Shown: positions 21,069 through 31,010 of the stretch, one piece after another
Numbering within the stretch: position 1 is the stretch's first letter
Layout of the letters: each line of letters starts with the position of its first letter
Assembly: GCF_002160755.1 (NCBI RefSeq)
Contig: NZ_NFLE01000013.1
Coordinates: 11,906 to 75,905 of the forward strand
Direction of reading: 5' to 3'
DNA from: Lachnoclostridium sp. An14
GTDB lineage: Bacteria; Bacillota; Clostridia; Lachnospirales; Lachnospiraceae
Length of the DNA: 64,000 bases
Program-made: the position numbers and the translations under genes
Notes under the pieces: model-generated
What the model was told of the DNA's origin: nothing
Seen by the model: only the letters and a program-made list of their open reading frames with translations
Database searches by the model: none

Positions 21069-22685
21069 ATGGCTGAGGAAAGAGAAAAAATCATACAGGA
21101 TATTCGCGAGGGCCGGACGGCCATCGGAATTGAATTTGGTTCCACCAGAATCAAGGCGGTGCTGGTGGGGGAGAGCCTGGAGCCGGTGGCTCAGGGCAGC
21201 TATGAATGGGAAAATCATCTGGAAAATGGTATCTGGACCTATCCTCTGGATGAGATCATAAAGGGACTTCAAACGTGCTATGCCGATTTAAAGCAGGAGG
21301 TTCTAAATCTCTACGGAGAGGAGCTGACGACAGCCGGCTCCATCGGGGTCAGCGCCATGATGCACGGGTATATGGCTTTCGACGAGGCGGGGGAGCTTTT
21401 GGTTCCTTTCCGCACCTGGAGAAATACCATCACCCAGGAAGCGGCAGAAAAGCTGACTCAGATGTTTTCCTACAACATTCCCCAGAGGTGGAGCATCGCC
21501 CATCTGTACCAGGCTATGTTAAACAAGGAGGAGCACCTGCCCAGACTGTCCTACCTGACCACCCTGGCCGGTTTCATTCACTGGAAACTGACCGGTGAGA
21601 AGGTACTGGGCGTAGGGGATGCCTCCGGAATGTTCCCCATTGATACGGAAAAGGGCTGCTATTACGAGAGAATGGCAGACCAGTTTGACAAGCTGGTGGA
21701 GGAGGACGGGTACTCCTGGCGCCTTCGTCAGGTACTCCCTGCCATCCTCATGGCAGGAGAGCCGGCCGGCCGGCTGACAGAGGAGGGAGCGCGTCTTTTG
21801 GATGTGTCAGGCTCCTTAAAGGCGGGAATCCCCTTCTGTCCGCCGGAGGGAGACGCGGGTACGGGAATGGCTGCCACCAACAGTGTGGCGGTCCGCACCG
21901 GAAACGTGTCGGCAGGTACCTCCGTATTCGCCATGGTGGTGCTGGAGAAGGAGCTCTCCAAGGTCTATCCGGAGATCGACCTGGTTACCACTCCTTCCGG
22001 CCATCTGGTGGGAATGGTTCACTGCAACAACTGTACCTCAGACTTAAACGCCTGGGTATCCTTATTCGGCGAGTTCTGCGAGCTGATGGGAATGCCGGCG
22101 GACAAGGGAAAGCTGTACGGAGCCCTCTATAACCACGCCATGACGGGAGACCCGGACTGCGGCGGACTGCTGTCCTACTGCTACTTATCCGGCGAGCCGG
22201 TGACGGGCTTTGAGGAGGGACGCCCCATGTTTGTGCGTACCCCGGACAGCCGTTTCACCCTGGCGAACTTCATGAGGAGCCACCTGTACAGCTCTCTGGC
22301 CACCTTAAAGATCGGCATGGATCTGATGTTAAAGGAGGAGGGCGTGAAACTGGATCGCCTCATGGGCCACGGCGGACTCTTTAAGACAAAGGGCGTGGGC
22401 CAGAAGATCATGGCCGCGGCCGCGTCTACCCCGGTTTCTGTGATGGAGACGGCGGGAGAGGGCGGCGCCTGGGGAATCGCCCTGTTGGCTGCCTACACCG
22501 TGAGAAAGGCGGAGGGGGAGACCCTGGAGGACTTCCTGGCAAACAAGGTGTTTGCGGATGCCGTTTCCGTTTGTGAGGACGCGGACGAGAAGGACGCTGA
22601 GGGCTTTGGAGTGTTCGTGGAGCGCTATAAGGCCGGGCTGGCGGCAGAGAGAGCTGCCGTGGAGCACATTGAGCTGTTGAGCTGA
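21069..22685 (+). CDS. araB: FGGY-family carbohydrate kinase, probable L-ribulokinase
   Basis: 538 aa; N-terminal …[15 protein letters not shown]… (actin-like ATPase phosphate-1) and FGGY C-domain …HGGLFKT…; position between araA and araD. Confidence 0.75.
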   Translation: MAEEREKIIQDIREGRTAIGIEFGSTRIKAVLVGESLEPVAQGSYEWENHLENGIWTYPLDEIIKGLQTCYADLKQEVLNLYGEELTTAGSIGVSAMMHGYMAFDEAGELLVPFRTWRNTITQEAAEKLTQMFSYNIPQRWSIAHLYQAMLNKEEHLPRLSYLTTLAGFIHWKLTGEKVLGVGDASGMFPIDTEKGCYYERMADQFDKLVEEDGYSWRLRQVLPAILMAGEPAGRLTEEGARLLDVSGSLKAGIPFCPPEGDAGTGMAATNSVAVRTGNVSAGTSVFAMVVLEKELSKVYPEIDLVTTPSGHLVGMVHCNNCTSDLNAWVSLFGEFCELMGMPADKGKLYGALYNHAMTGDPDCGGLLSYCYLSGEPVTGFEEGRPMFVRTPDSRFTLANFMRSHLYSSLATLKIGMDLMLKEEGVKLDRLMGHGGLFKTKGVGQKIMAAAASTPVSVMETAGEGGAWGIALLAAYTVRKAEGETLEDFLANKVFADAVSVCEDADEKDAEGFGVFVERYKAGLAAERAAVEHIELLS

Positions 22686-22699
22686 TGGAGGGAAACCAG

Positions 22700-23392
22700 A
22701 TGCTGGAGGAATTAAAAAAGGAAGTATATGAAGCAAATATGAAACTGCCGGAGTATGGGCTGGTGACCTTTACCTGGGGCAATGTCTCCGGGATCGACCG
22801 GGAGAAGGGGCTGTTTGTGATCAAGCCGTCAGGGGTGGATTACGACAAGCTCCGCCCGGAGGATATGGTGGTCATGAACCTGGCGGGAGAGAAGGTGGAG
22901 GGAGACTTAAATCCCTCCTCCGACACCAAGACCCATGTGGTGCTCTACAACCGTTTTCCGGATATTGGGGGAGTTGTCCACACCCACAGTCCCTGGGCTA
23001 CGTCCTGGGCGCAGGCGGGAAGGGACATTCCCAGCTACGGCACCACCCACGCGGATTATATCTACGGACGGGTGCCCTGTGTGCGGAATCTGACGGCAGA
23101 GGAGCTGGAGGAGTACGAGAAGAACACGGGAGTGCTGATTGCCGATCACTTTGAGGCGCACGGTCTGGACCACATCGCGGTTCCCTGCGTGCTCTGCAAA
23201 AATCACGGCCCCTTCACCTGGGGCAAGGACGCCCACGAGGCGGTTCACAACGCCGTTGTACTGGAGGAGGTGGCCAAGATGGCTGCCAGATGCGAGTGGA
23301 TCAACCCCCATGTGGAGGAGACCCCTCAGTGCCTGCAGGACAAGCACTATCTGAGAAAACACGGCGCAAACGCGTACTACGGACAGAAATAA
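22700..23392 (+). CDS. araD: L-ribulose-5-phosphate 4-epimerase
   Basis: Class II aldolase/adducin fold …[10 protein letters not shown]…VKPSGVDY…[14 protein letters not shown]… Start at MLEELKK (RBS GGAGGG 7 nt upstream). The ORF could begin at 22685, overlapping the kinase stop. Confidence 0.9.
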   Translation: MLEELKKEVYEANMKLPEYGLVTFTWGNVSGIDREKGLFVIKPSGVDYDKLRPEDMVVMNLAGEKVEGDLNPSSDTKTHVVLYNRFPDIGGVVHTHSPWATSWAQAGRDIPSYGTTHADYIYGRVPCVRNLTAEELEEYEKNTGVLIADHFEAHGLDHIAVPCVLCKNHGPFTWGKDAHEAVHNAVVLEEVAKMAARCEWINPHVEETPQCLQDKHYLRKHGANAYYGQK

Positions 23393-23407
23393 GAAGGAGG
23401 TTCCGGT

Positions 23408-24061
23408 ATGAGATTTTTTATTGATACAGCGAATGTAGATGAGATCAGAAAAGCAAATGATATGGGAATTATCTGCGGAGTTACCACCAACCCGTCCCTG
23501 ATCGCCAAGGAGGGCCGTGATTTTAAGCAGGTGATCTCCGAGATCGCCTCCATCGTGGACGGCCCCATCAGCGGTGAGGTAAAGGCTACCACCACCGATG
23601 CCGAGGGCATGATCGCCGAGGGCCGGGAGATCGCCAAGATCCATCCCAACATGGTGGTAAAGATCCCCATGACCGTGGAAGGCTTAAAGGCTGTAAAGGT
23701 GCTGTCCGCTGAGGGCATTGCCACCAACGTGACTCTGGTATTCAGCGCAGCCCAGGCTCTGTTAGCCGCCAGAGCAGGCGCCACCTACGTTTCCCCGTTC
23801 TTAGGGAGACTGGACGACATTTCCATGCCGGGCATTGACCTGATCAACGACATCACGGAGATCTTTGGAATGCACGACATTCAGACGGAGATCATCGCTG
23901 CCAGCGTGCGTCATCCCATCCACGTGATCGACTGCGCGAAGGCCGGCGCGGACATCGCCACCGTTCCCTACAAGGTACTGGTGCAGATGACGAAACACCC
24001 GCTGACGGATCAGGGCATCGAGAAATTCCAGGCGGATTATAAGGCTGTATTCGGGGAGTAA
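23408..24061 (+). CDS. tal: Transaldolase (short, ~217 aa Tal/FSA subfamily)
   Basis: [39 protein letters not shown]…KIPMT… with the Schiff-base Lys region; RBS AAGGAGG. Confidence 0.9.
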   Translation: MRFFIDTANVDEIRKANDMGIICGVTTNPSLIAKEGRDFKQVISEIASIVDGPISGEVKATTTDAEGMIAEGREIAKIHPNMVVKIPMTVEGLKAVKVLSAEGIATNVTLVFSAAQALLAARAGATYVSPFLGRLDDISMPGIDLINDITEIFGMHDIQTEIIAASVRHPIHVIDCAKAGADIATVPYKVLVQMTKHPLTDQGIEKFQADYKAVFGE

Positions 24062-24097
24062 TGGGCTGAGAGATCCCATTCCTCTGTGAAATAGGAA

Positions 24098-24141
24098 TCC
24101 AGGCCGGACCTTTGGATTGAGGGTCCGGCCTGGATTTTTTG
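24098..24141 (+). terminator. Rho-independent terminator ending the ara cluster
   Basis: TCCAGGCCGGACC…GGTCCGGCCTGGA hairpin followed by TTTTTTG. Confidence 0.75.
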
Positions 24142-24265
24142 TGTCAGAAACTGTGTTCCCTATGACACAAAAGTCTCCGGCGGGAGGCGCACTCCGCGCA
24201 GAGGAATAAGGCTGCTGACGCAGCCGTGTTTCGGCGCGAGTGTGCGCCAAGCCGTACACTGTTTA
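24142..24265. repeat. Intergenic palindromic repeat element, copy 3 (modules A'+B+C)
   Basis: ctgtgttccctatgacacaaaag + tctccggcgggaggcgcactccgcgcagagg…gctgctgacgcagcc + gtgtttcggcgcgagtgtgcgccaagccgtacactg. It lies between convergent tal and MATE genes. Confidence 0.85.
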
Positions 24266-24269
24266 TGTG

Positions 24270-25601
24270 CTACAGATACCCGTACTTCCTGCGATTAGCG
24301 GCCAGGAAGATCAGGGAGACGGCGAAGGCCAAAAGCTCTGCCACGGAGATGGAGTACCAGATGCCGTCCAGGCCCAGAACCAGGGGCAGGAGCAGGACGG
24401 AAAACACCTGGAACACCAGGGTCCGCAGGAAGGAGATGGCCGCTGAGACAGCCCCGTCGTTTAAGGCGGTGAAAAAGGAGGAGGCGAAAATGTTGGCTCC
24501 GGACAGCAGGAAGGAGAAGGCGAAAATCCGGAAGGCGTGCTTTGTCATGGCAAACAGCTCCTCATCGTAGCCCACGAAGATTCCGGCCAGAGGGCCGGCG
24601 AAGGCCCAGGCCAGGGCGGTCATGCCCACACCGGCAGCCGTCACCAGGAGAAAGCTTTTCTTTAACAGGTTGGTCAGCTCTCCCGTGTTGCCGGAGCCGT
24701 AGTGGTAGCCGATGATGGGGGCGGTGCCGATGGTGTAGCCGATAAATACGGCGATAAAGATAAACTGGATGTACATCAGGGTACCGTAGGCGGCCACGCC
24801 GTTTTCCCCGGCGAACTTCAGCAGCTGGAGGTTGTAGAGGACGCTGATCAGGGAGGTGGAAATGTTACTCATCAGCTCGGAGGAGCCGTTTACACAGGCC
24901 TTGATCAGGGGGCGGGCCTCCAGCTTTGCTTTGGCGAACCGCAGGCGGCTGGTGTTTGGTCGCAGGAAGTAGATCAGGGGCAGGAGGCCGCCGATGCACT
25001 GGCCGATGCCGGTGGCGATGGCAGCCCCGGCCACGCCCCACCGGAAGACGGCGATAAAAAGGGCGTCCAGCAGGATGTTTGCCAGCCCGGCGGTGGTGGT
25101 CACTGCCAGGCCCAGCTTTGGCTTTTCCGCGGTGGCCAGAAAGGTCTGGAACACGTTTTGCAGCATAAACGCCGCGTTAAAGGCCAGCACGATCCTTCCG
25201 TAAATCACGCAGTCCTCCAGCATAGCCTCCGTGGCGCCCAGCAGCAGGGAGATGGGGCGGATCAGGGCAATGCCTACCAGGGAGAGGATCACACCCAGGA
25301 TGGCGGTGAGCTTTACCAGCATGGTGAGGTAGCGGTTGGCCAGGTCCTGTTTCCCCTCGCCCAGGGTCTTGGCGATCAGGGCGCTGCCTCCGGTTCCGAT
25401 CATAAATCCCACGCCGCCCAGAATCATGAGGAAGGGCATGACGATGTTGACGGCGGCGAAGGGGGTTTTTCCCACGAAATTGGACACGAAAAATCCGTCC
25501 ACCACGCCGTAAATGGAGGTGAACACCATCATAATAATGGGGGAGATGCAGAAATAAAACAGTTTCTTGTAGGTAAAATGGCTGGATAACGTAATGCTCA
25601 T
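24270..25601 (-). CDS. MATE-family multidrug/oligosaccharidyl-lipid efflux transporter
   Basis: 443 aa, 12 predicted TM helices, MATE-like N-terminus (…ISPIIMMVFTSIYGVVDGFFVSNFVG…). Confidence 0.9.
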   Translation of the reverse strand: MSITLSSHFTYKKLFYFCISPIIMMVFTSIYGVVDGFFVSNFVGKTPFAAVNIVMPFLMILGGVGFMIGTGGSALIAKTLGEGKQDLANRYLTMLVKLTAILGVILSLVGIALIRPISLLLGATEAMLEDCVIYGRIVLAFNAAFMLQNVFQTFLATAEKPKLGLAVTTTAGLANILLDALFIAVFRWGVAGAAIATGIGQCIGGLLPLIYFLRPNTSRLRFAKAKLEARPLIKACVNGSSELMSNISTSLISVLYNLQLLKFAGENGVAAYGTLMYIQFIFIAVFIGYTIGTAPIIGYHYGSGNTGELTNLLKKSFLLVTAAGVGMTALAWAFAGPLAGIFVGYDEELFAMTKHAFRIFAFSFLLSGANIFASSFFTALNDGAVSAAISFLRTLVFQVFSVLLLPLVLGLDGIWYSISVAELLAFAVSLIFLAANRRKYGYL

Positions 25602-25636
25602 GTTTTCCTTCCTTTCTCGTCGTTCTGGTCTGTTTT

Positions 25637-26140
25637 TTATCCGGTTTGGCCGGGGGCATCCGGGATTTGCGGTTCCGGCTCCTCCGTCTGTTTCGTTTTG
25701 CTCAGCACAAGTTCCTCAAACCCGGCGTTTAAGCGCTGGCTAAAATATTCCAACGCCTCCACAAACTCCGGGGAAAAGTTTTGCAGGGTGTCCAGGATGG
25801 CCTGTTCCTCCGCCTGGTAGACGTCGTTTAACAAGCGGCGGGCGAGCTGGCGGCCCTGGTCCGTGAGCACCATGGCCTTTTCTTTGGTGTGCTGTCCGCC
25901 GTCAAAGACCAGGTTGCCGTCGGCTATCATGTGTTTGACGATGGAGTTTACGGTGGTGCGGGGGATCAGCCACTGGTCGCTGATTTCCTTCTGGGAGTGG
26001 GGCCTTTCGTCGTCCAGGGCATAGAGGAAGGCCAGGGTGTTTTCATTGACCCCGTAGTGTCTGCCCAAAAGGTAGTACAGGCCGTCGATCTGGTTGATGG
26101 CAAGCATGATGCGCCGGATGGTTTCATAGGGATGGTCCAA
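25637..26140 (-). CDS. MarR-family transcriptional regulator
   Basis: wHTH …RPHSQKEISDQWLIPRTTVNSIVKHMIADGNLVF… Probable TTG start at 26140 (RBS AGGAGG 7 nt upstream); an alternative ATG is at 26107. The annotated ORF extends to 26245 with an implausible N-terminus. Confidence 0.75.
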   Translation of the reverse strand: MDHPYETIRRIMLAINQIDGLYYLLGRHYGVNENTLAFLYALDDERPHSQKEISDQWLIPRTTVNSIVKHMIADGNLVFDGGQHTKEKAMVLTDQGRQLARRLLNDVYQAEEQAILDTLQNFSPEFVEALEYFSQRLNAGFEELVLSKTKQTEEPEPQIPDAPGQTG

Positions 26141-26255
26141 AAGAAAGCCTCCTTTTTTGTTTTTATAAGGTGAAAATGGTTCTGTTCTGATATTATAATA
26201 CGAAATCGTACTGATGATTATAATACGAAATGGGATTAAAGTCAACAGGGGAAAT

Positions 26256-26350
26256 AGGCGGATGAAGGCTGGAAGATAGACGGATGGAGGCGGAAAATGG
26301 GCGGACGGAGGCAGAAGATGGGCGAGCGGAGGCGGAAAATGGGCGGACGG
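26256..26350. repeat. 4-5 tandem copies of a 21-bp unit (GGCGGACGGAGGCGGAAAATG) in the marR / carD-like divergent intergenic region
   Basis: Direct head-to-tail repeats seen by eye; flanked by a short CTCC/GGAG-rich run. Confidence 0.7.
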
Positions 26351-26540
26351 AGACGGGAAATGCGCCGCGGTTTGGGATTGGAGAGGGGAAAAACCGGGGA
26401 AAGCACGAAAATTTTCACAAAAACTTCCCCGCCCTGTATGGGCAAACTTTCACAAATCGGGAAAAAACAGGAGATGGGGCCTTACACGGGGATCGGTTTT
26501 TGTATTAAAATAGAAGGAACAGGATAATCGTGTTTTAGAA

Positions 26541-27077
26541 TTGGAGATGAGAGGAATGTTTCAGGCTGGAGATGTGATCGTTTGCGGAACCCATGGCGTG
26601 TGCCGGGTGGAATGTGTGGGCCCCCTGGATGGGGGCGGGATTTCCAGGAGCGGAGTGGAGAAAGGCCGGATTTACTACACCCTGGTGCCGGTCTATGAGA
26701 AGGAGAGCGTGGTGTTTACCCCGGTGGACAATCAGAAAATAGTGATCCGTCCAGTGCTCTCCAGGGAGAAGGCCCTGGATCTGATCGACGGGATGCCCAC
26801 GGCGGAAATGCTGACGATCACCGACGAGAAACGGCGAGAGACGGAGTACCGGGAGGCCCTTTACGCCTGCCAGGCGGAGGCGCTGGTGAAGGTGTTAAAG
26901 ACCATTTACGCCAGGCGGCGCACCCGGCTGGCCAGAGGGAAGAAAGCCACGGACGCGGACAGCCGGTACATGAAACTGGCGGAGGACTGCCTCTACGGGG
27001 AGCTGGCCGTTTCCCTGGGGCTGGAGCGGGATCAGGTGCGGGGATTTATCCGGGACCGGATTGGGACGGCGGAGTAG
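26541..27077 (+). CDS. CarD/CdnL-family (CarD_CdnL_TRCF N-domain) RNA-polymerase-binding transcription factor
   Basis: MFQAGDVIVCGTHGVCRVECV… N-terminal RNAP-interacting Tudor-like domain and a helical C-terminal domain. ~175 aa; the start could be 26541 or 26556. Confidence 0.8.
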   Translation: MEMRGMFQAGDVIVCGTHGVCRVECVGPLDGGGISRSGVEKGRIYYTLVPVYEKESVVFTPVDNQKIVIRPVLSREKALDLIDGMPTAEMLTITDEKRRETEYREALYACQAEALVKVLKTIYARRRTRLARGKKATDADSRYMKLAEDCLYGELAVSLGLERDQVRGFIRDRIGTAE

Positions 27078-28077
27078 GTTCCAGGTTTCCCCAGAGCAGC
27101 TGGTGCTGGCGGCACACCCGTTCCCGCACCTGGGCTAAAAAGGGCTCCGGGCCCAGCACCTCCACCACCGGTCCGAAGGAGAGAATGTCGATGAGCAGCT
27201 CCGTCTCGTCAGCGGTGTCGTAGTAGATAGAGCAGAGCCAGCGGCCCTGTTCCTCGTCGTACTCCGTGTGCTTTTCGTAGTTGGCGAAGTGGAGCATACA
27301 CCGCTCCAGGGAATTGCGCTCTCCCCCGATGGAGAGCAGTACCGGCTCCTTTGCCCGTTTCACCGGACGGAAACGGAAACGGCCGGGGGAGACGGCGGGG
27401 CGCTCCGAGGAGAGGCGGCAGTCCCGGACGCGGCTTATATTCAGGATGGATTTGCGGGAGAAGAAACCGCGAAACCGGGCCAGTCCCAGAAGGCGCAGCT
27501 TGTCGTTTTTGGAGGAGAACTGAATCTGACAGGGAAAGATTTCAAAATGGCGGATCCGTCCCCCTTTTCCCTCGTAGGAGATCAGGAGAACCTGGCCCTC
27601 CTCCAGGGCGGTGAGGATGGTGTGGAACCGGGAGCGGTAGCCAGGATCTTCGTAGGGATCGCCGTCGGCAAACCGGTCGAAGTAGCGGAAATCCTCCTCC
27701 CGGTAGAGAGGTTCCACCCCGGAGAGGGACTGACGGAGCAGGGCGATTTCATCATCGTCGAAAAACAGGGCAAAGCGGCTGTCCTCCAAAAGGGCCCGCA
27801 GCCAGGCCTTCTGCAGGCTGGTGAGAGGGAGCTTTGGAGGCGGAGAGGCAAGGACGGAGCGGAATCCGTCTTTTTCTTTTTTTAAAAGGGGAACGGGGCC
27901 GCCGGTGAGTTTGGGAATCAGGGAGAGAAAGGTCTCCTGAAACCCGTAGGAGCGGCAGAGGTGTTCCATTTCCTGCCGTCCCACCGGGCGGGAGGCGGCG
28001 GCCTCTAAAATGTGGCGGGCGGCGGTATAGTAGCAGTTGTAGAGCTTGTCAAACAGTTCCATGGAGTTCCTCCTCAT
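27046..28077 (-). CDS. WYL-domain protein (PafC-like; degenerate N-terminal HTH, WYL-like core, C-terminal WCX-like extension)
   Basis: 343 aa; …VLLISYEGKGGRIRHFEIFPCQIQFSSKNDKLRLLGLARFRGFFSRKSILNISRV… fits the WYL-domain pattern (…Y…R.i.P…WYL-like…FR.dRI). Its start overlaps the stop of the upstream WYL gene (28074-28077). Confidence 0.6.
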   Translation of the reverse strand: MRRNSMELFDKLYNCYYTAARHILEAAASRPVGRQEMEHLCRSYGFQETFLSLIPKLTGGPVPLLKKEKDGFRSVLASPPPKLPLTSLQKAWLRALLEDSRFALFFDDDEIALLRQSLSGVEPLYREEDFRYFDRFADGDPYEDPGYRSRFHTILTALEEGQVLLISYEGKGGRIRHFEIFPCQIQFSSKNDKLRLLGLARFRGFFSRKSILNISRVRDCRLSSERPAVSPGRFRFRPVKRAKEPVLLSIGGERNSLERCMLHFANYEKHTEYDEEQGRWLCSIYYDTADETELLIDILSFGPVVEVLGPEPFLAQVRERVCRQHQLLWGNLEPTPPSQSGPG

Positions 28078-29354
28078 GGGGTATGGGGGCCGTACATCCG
28101 GTACATCCGTTCCCAGTCCCGGATGAGTTTCTGGATGTCGGTTTCGTTGGTGCCCTGGATGTCCAGAATGCGGCCGGTGAAGGATTTGATCCAGGATAGC
28201 ATTTCATTGGTGTCGAAGAAGGTGGCGTAGTAGAGGTACTCGCCGTCGCGGATTTTGGAAACCTCGCCGCCCCGGCCCTCCCGCTCCAAACGGTGCAGGA
28301 TGTGGCCTTCCGTGGCCTCGTCGATGGCAATGCGGATGGCCACCGTTTCCTGGCGGCCGGTCTGCTTTCCAAAGGATACGCCCCAGCAGCGGGATTCGTT
28401 GCGGTGCAGGGCGGCCATGGCTTGTTCAAAGGCGGGTGCGGGACCGGTGACGGTGACGGAGACAATGCCGTCCAGGCGGGCGGTGTTCAGCCGCCGGAAG
28501 TCGGGCTGGTAGTAGCAGAGGTAGCGGCGCCCTGTCTGGGTGCTGACGAAAATTTTTAATGGAATGCCGGAAAGGGAGGCGCCCCGCCCTGTCCGGCTGC
28601 TTTTGTATTCGCAGGTGATCTGGGAGCGGCTTTGGATGGCGTCCAAGAGCTGGGCCAGAATGCCGTCCTCCAGGGTGTGGACGATGAACTGGTGCTTGAA
28701 CTGGAACAGGCGGTTGGAGGCGTTTTCCCGGTCCAGAAGGGTGCTGCCGATGAATCCGAAGGGGGCGGCGCCCTGGAAGAAGGAAAGGGCGGCCGTCATC
28801 CGTTTCCAGAGAGGGGTCGTTTCCGCCTCTAAGGGCTGGGCCAGGCGGTAGGTCACCCGCTTTCCCTCTCTGGAGGAGAGGAACATCCCGGCGGTCTCGT
28901 ACTCCCGGCATTTCAGGCGGACGGTCTGGCTGTCAAACAGGGCCCCGTATTCTGCCGCCAGGAAGTCGCAGAGCTGGCTCACCGCCAGGCCCTGGGGGTG
29001 GGAGGTCAAAAGGTCCGGGAGAAGGAAGTGGAGGGCTAAGTCGTTGTCGGTGAATCCTTTGGATTTCCAGGCGGCGTAGAGGGGATTTTCCGGCACCTGC
29101 ATACTGTCCACGGTGATGGAAACCTGCTTTCCCCGGGCGGTGTAGCCGGAGGCCACCCAGGGGGAGAGCCAGCTCTCGATCCTGCGGCGCTCGTTGTCGT
29201 AGGTTCGAGAGCTTTTTTCGCCGAAATCGGCCCTGGATTTGAATCCATAGATGAAAAACTGACGCATATAGTCCCGGACACGGCTGAAGTTTTTGATCAG
29301 TTCCTGGAATTCCTGCATGGTTTGGCCTCCTTTTGGAGTGTAGGATGTTTTCAT
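28074..29354 (-). CDS. HTH-WYL-domain transcriptional regulator (PafB/BrxR-like)
   Basis: 426 aa; N-terminal wHTH (…FSRVRDYMRQFFIYGFKSRADF…); clear WYL motif …GRRYLCYYQPDFRRLNTARLDGIVSV…; C-terminal extension. Divergent from rtcB. Confidence 0.7.
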   Translation of the reverse strand: MKTSYTPKGGQTMQEFQELIKNFSRVRDYMRQFFIYGFKSRADFGEKSSRTYDNERRRIESWLSPWVASGYTARGKQVSITVDSMQVPENPLYAAWKSKGFTDNDLALHFLLPDLLTSHPQGLAVSQLCDFLAAEYGALFDSQTVRLKCREYETAGMFLSSREGKRVTYRLAQPLEAETTPLWKRMTAALSFFQGAAPFGFIGSTLLDRENASNRLFQFKHQFIVHTLEDGILAQLLDAIQSRSQITCEYKSSRTGRGASLSGIPLKIFVSTQTGRRYLCYYQPDFRRLNTARLDGIVSVTVTGPAPAFEQAMAALHRNESRCWGVSFGKQTGRQETVAIRIAIDEATEGHILHRLEREGRGGEVSKIRDGEYLYYATFFDTNEMLSWIKSFTGRILDIQGTNETDIQKLIRDWERMYRMYGPHTP

Positions 29355-29403
29355 TATCCCATCTCGACTGCGTCTCGATGGAGTTTCTCGTCAAACGCGG
29401 ATT

Positions 29404-29540
29404 CGTGCAAGCACGATCCGCGCTTTCCTCGTCATTATACCATGTGCACTAAATTCGTAAAATACCTCATTAAGTGCACAGGCATATGTTCTCACTAGGC
29501 TCGTGAAAAACCTCGCCAAGTGTTCACATTATACCACATT
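29404..29540. promoter_or_regulatory. Divergent WYL/rtcB control region with candidate operator repeats
   Basis: Inverted repeat TGTGCACT-N22-AGTGCACA (29443-29480). Direct repeat CATTATACCA at 29433 and 29527, each followed by GTGC(A/G)C. Palindrome CGTGCAAGCACG at 29404. Confidence 0.3.
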
Positions 29541-29647
29541 TTCCAGTGCGCAACATTTTTTAAATGATTTTCTGGAAAAAATGGGATATTTTGGGAGTGT
29601 AACCAAGATACAGACGCAGACAGAAGACGGAAAGGAAGTGGAAAAGA

Positions 29648-30883
29648 ATGTTTGTGATGTATGAGAAGGACAGCATGAAGGTTCCGGTGCGGATATGGCT
29701 GGAGGATGAGAGAGAGCTTGAGGAGACCTGTAAGGAACAGGCGATACATCTGGCAAATCTTCCGTTCCTGCACCGGTGGGTCTGCCTGATGCCGGACACC
29801 CACACGGGTATGGGAATGCCCATCGGCGGGGTGATTGCGGCAAAAGACGTGGTGATCCCCAACGCGGTGGGGGTGGACATCGGCTGCGGCATGGCCTACA
29901 CGGAGACCAATATCCCGGCGGCTCTCCTGCGGGAGACGGAGACGGGAAACGGCAATCTGCTCCAGGCCATCATCGGGGATGTGATGCGAAATGTCCCCGT
30001 AGGGTTCGCCCACCACAAGACGGTGATGCCCTGTTATACCATGGACCGGGCCATGGAGGAGTTTGACCGCTATGAGCGGGACGGAGAGCTTTTGGGGCAG
30101 CTGGAGGCGGGATATTTTCAGATCGGAACCCTGGGCGGCGGCAACCATTTCATCGAGCTCCAGGAGGACGGAGAGGGAATGGTGTCGGTGATGATCCATT
30201 CCGGCAGCCGTCACGTGGGAAAATCGGTGTGTGACTATTTCCACCGGATCGCCAGGGAGTTAAATGGGAAATGGTACAGCCAGGTTCCCGACGAGTACCG
30301 GCTGGCCTTTCTGCCCACAGATACGGACGAGGGAAAGCGGTATCTGGCCTGGATGCAGCTTTCCATGGATTTTGCCAAAGAGAACCGGGAGAAGATGATG
30401 CTGGCGGTAAAGGCGATCCTGGAAAAGTGGATCGGGAAGTACACCAGTCTGAATCTGGAGTTTTCCGGGGACATCAACTGCCACCACAACTACGCGGCCC
30501 TGGAGACCCACTACGGCGAGGAGGTGTGGGTTCACCGGAAGGGCGCCATGCGGGCGGGAGAGGGAGAGCGGGCAGTGATTCCCGGCGCCATGGGCTCCTT
30601 CAGCTACGTGGTGGAGGGAAAGGGAAATCCAGAGAGCTTTTGCTCCTCCTCCCACGGGGCAGGCAGAAGGTATTCCAGAAAGGGCGCCATGGCGGTGTTT
30701 TCCTGTGAGGAGGTCATGGTGGATTTAAAAGCTCAGTCCGTGGTCCTGGGAAAGAAAAACAAGGCGGACGTGGCGGAGGAGAGCCGGTTTGCCTACAAGG
30801 ACATTGAGGGGGTCATGGAGCGCCAGAAGGATCTGGTCACCCCTGTGAAACGGTTGAAAACCATCGGCGTCGTAAAGGGATAG
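29648..30883 (+). CDS. rtcB: RNA-splicing ligase RtcB (3'-phosphate/5'-hydroxyl RNA ligase)
   Basis: Colinear with E. coli RtcB, including metal/GTP motifs …GVDIGCGM…, …GGGNHFIEL…, …HSGSRHVG…, …NCHHNY…, …HRKGA…, …SSSHGAGR…, and C-terminal …YKDIEGVMERQKDLV…GVVKG. An alternative start is ATG 29675. Confidence 0.95.
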   Translation: MFVMYEKDSMKVPVRIWLEDERELEETCKEQAIHLANLPFLHRWVCLMPDTHTGMGMPIGGVIAAKDVVIPNAVGVDIGCGMAYTETNIPAALLRETETGNGNLLQAIIGDVMRNVPVGFAHHKTVMPCYTMDRAMEEFDRYERDGELLGQLEAGYFQIGTLGGGNHFIELQEDGEGMVSVMIHSGSRHVGKSVCDYFHRIARELNGKWYSQVPDEYRLAFLPTDTDEGKRYLAWMQLSMDFAKENREKMMLAVKAILEKWIGKYTSLNLEFSGDINCHHNYAALETHYGEEVWVHRKGAMRAGEGERAVIPGAMGSFSYVVEGKGNPESFCSSSHGAGRRYSRKGAMAVFSCEEVMVDLKAQSVVLGKKNKADVAEESRFAYKDIEGVMERQKDLVTPVKRLKTIGVVKG

Positions 30884-31010
30884 CCGAAGGATTCTGAATA
30901 TTGGCAGGCAGCCTAAGGGCGAGGCGTTCTTCCTGCGCCTCCCGGCGCCGCCCCCTCTGGCGGGAAGGTGTTCCGGCGGTCTGCAAATTCCCTGTAAAGG
31001 AAAAAGACAC

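Noticed and set aside
22329-22824. Minus-strand ORFs overlapping the araB/araD junction
   Set aside because: Pro/Arg/Ser-rich low complexity; antisense to strongly supported genes.
24226-24570. + strand ORF (114 aa) starting in repeat copy 3 and running into the MATE gene
   Set aside because: It starts inside the repeat element and is antisense to a well-supported MATE transporter.
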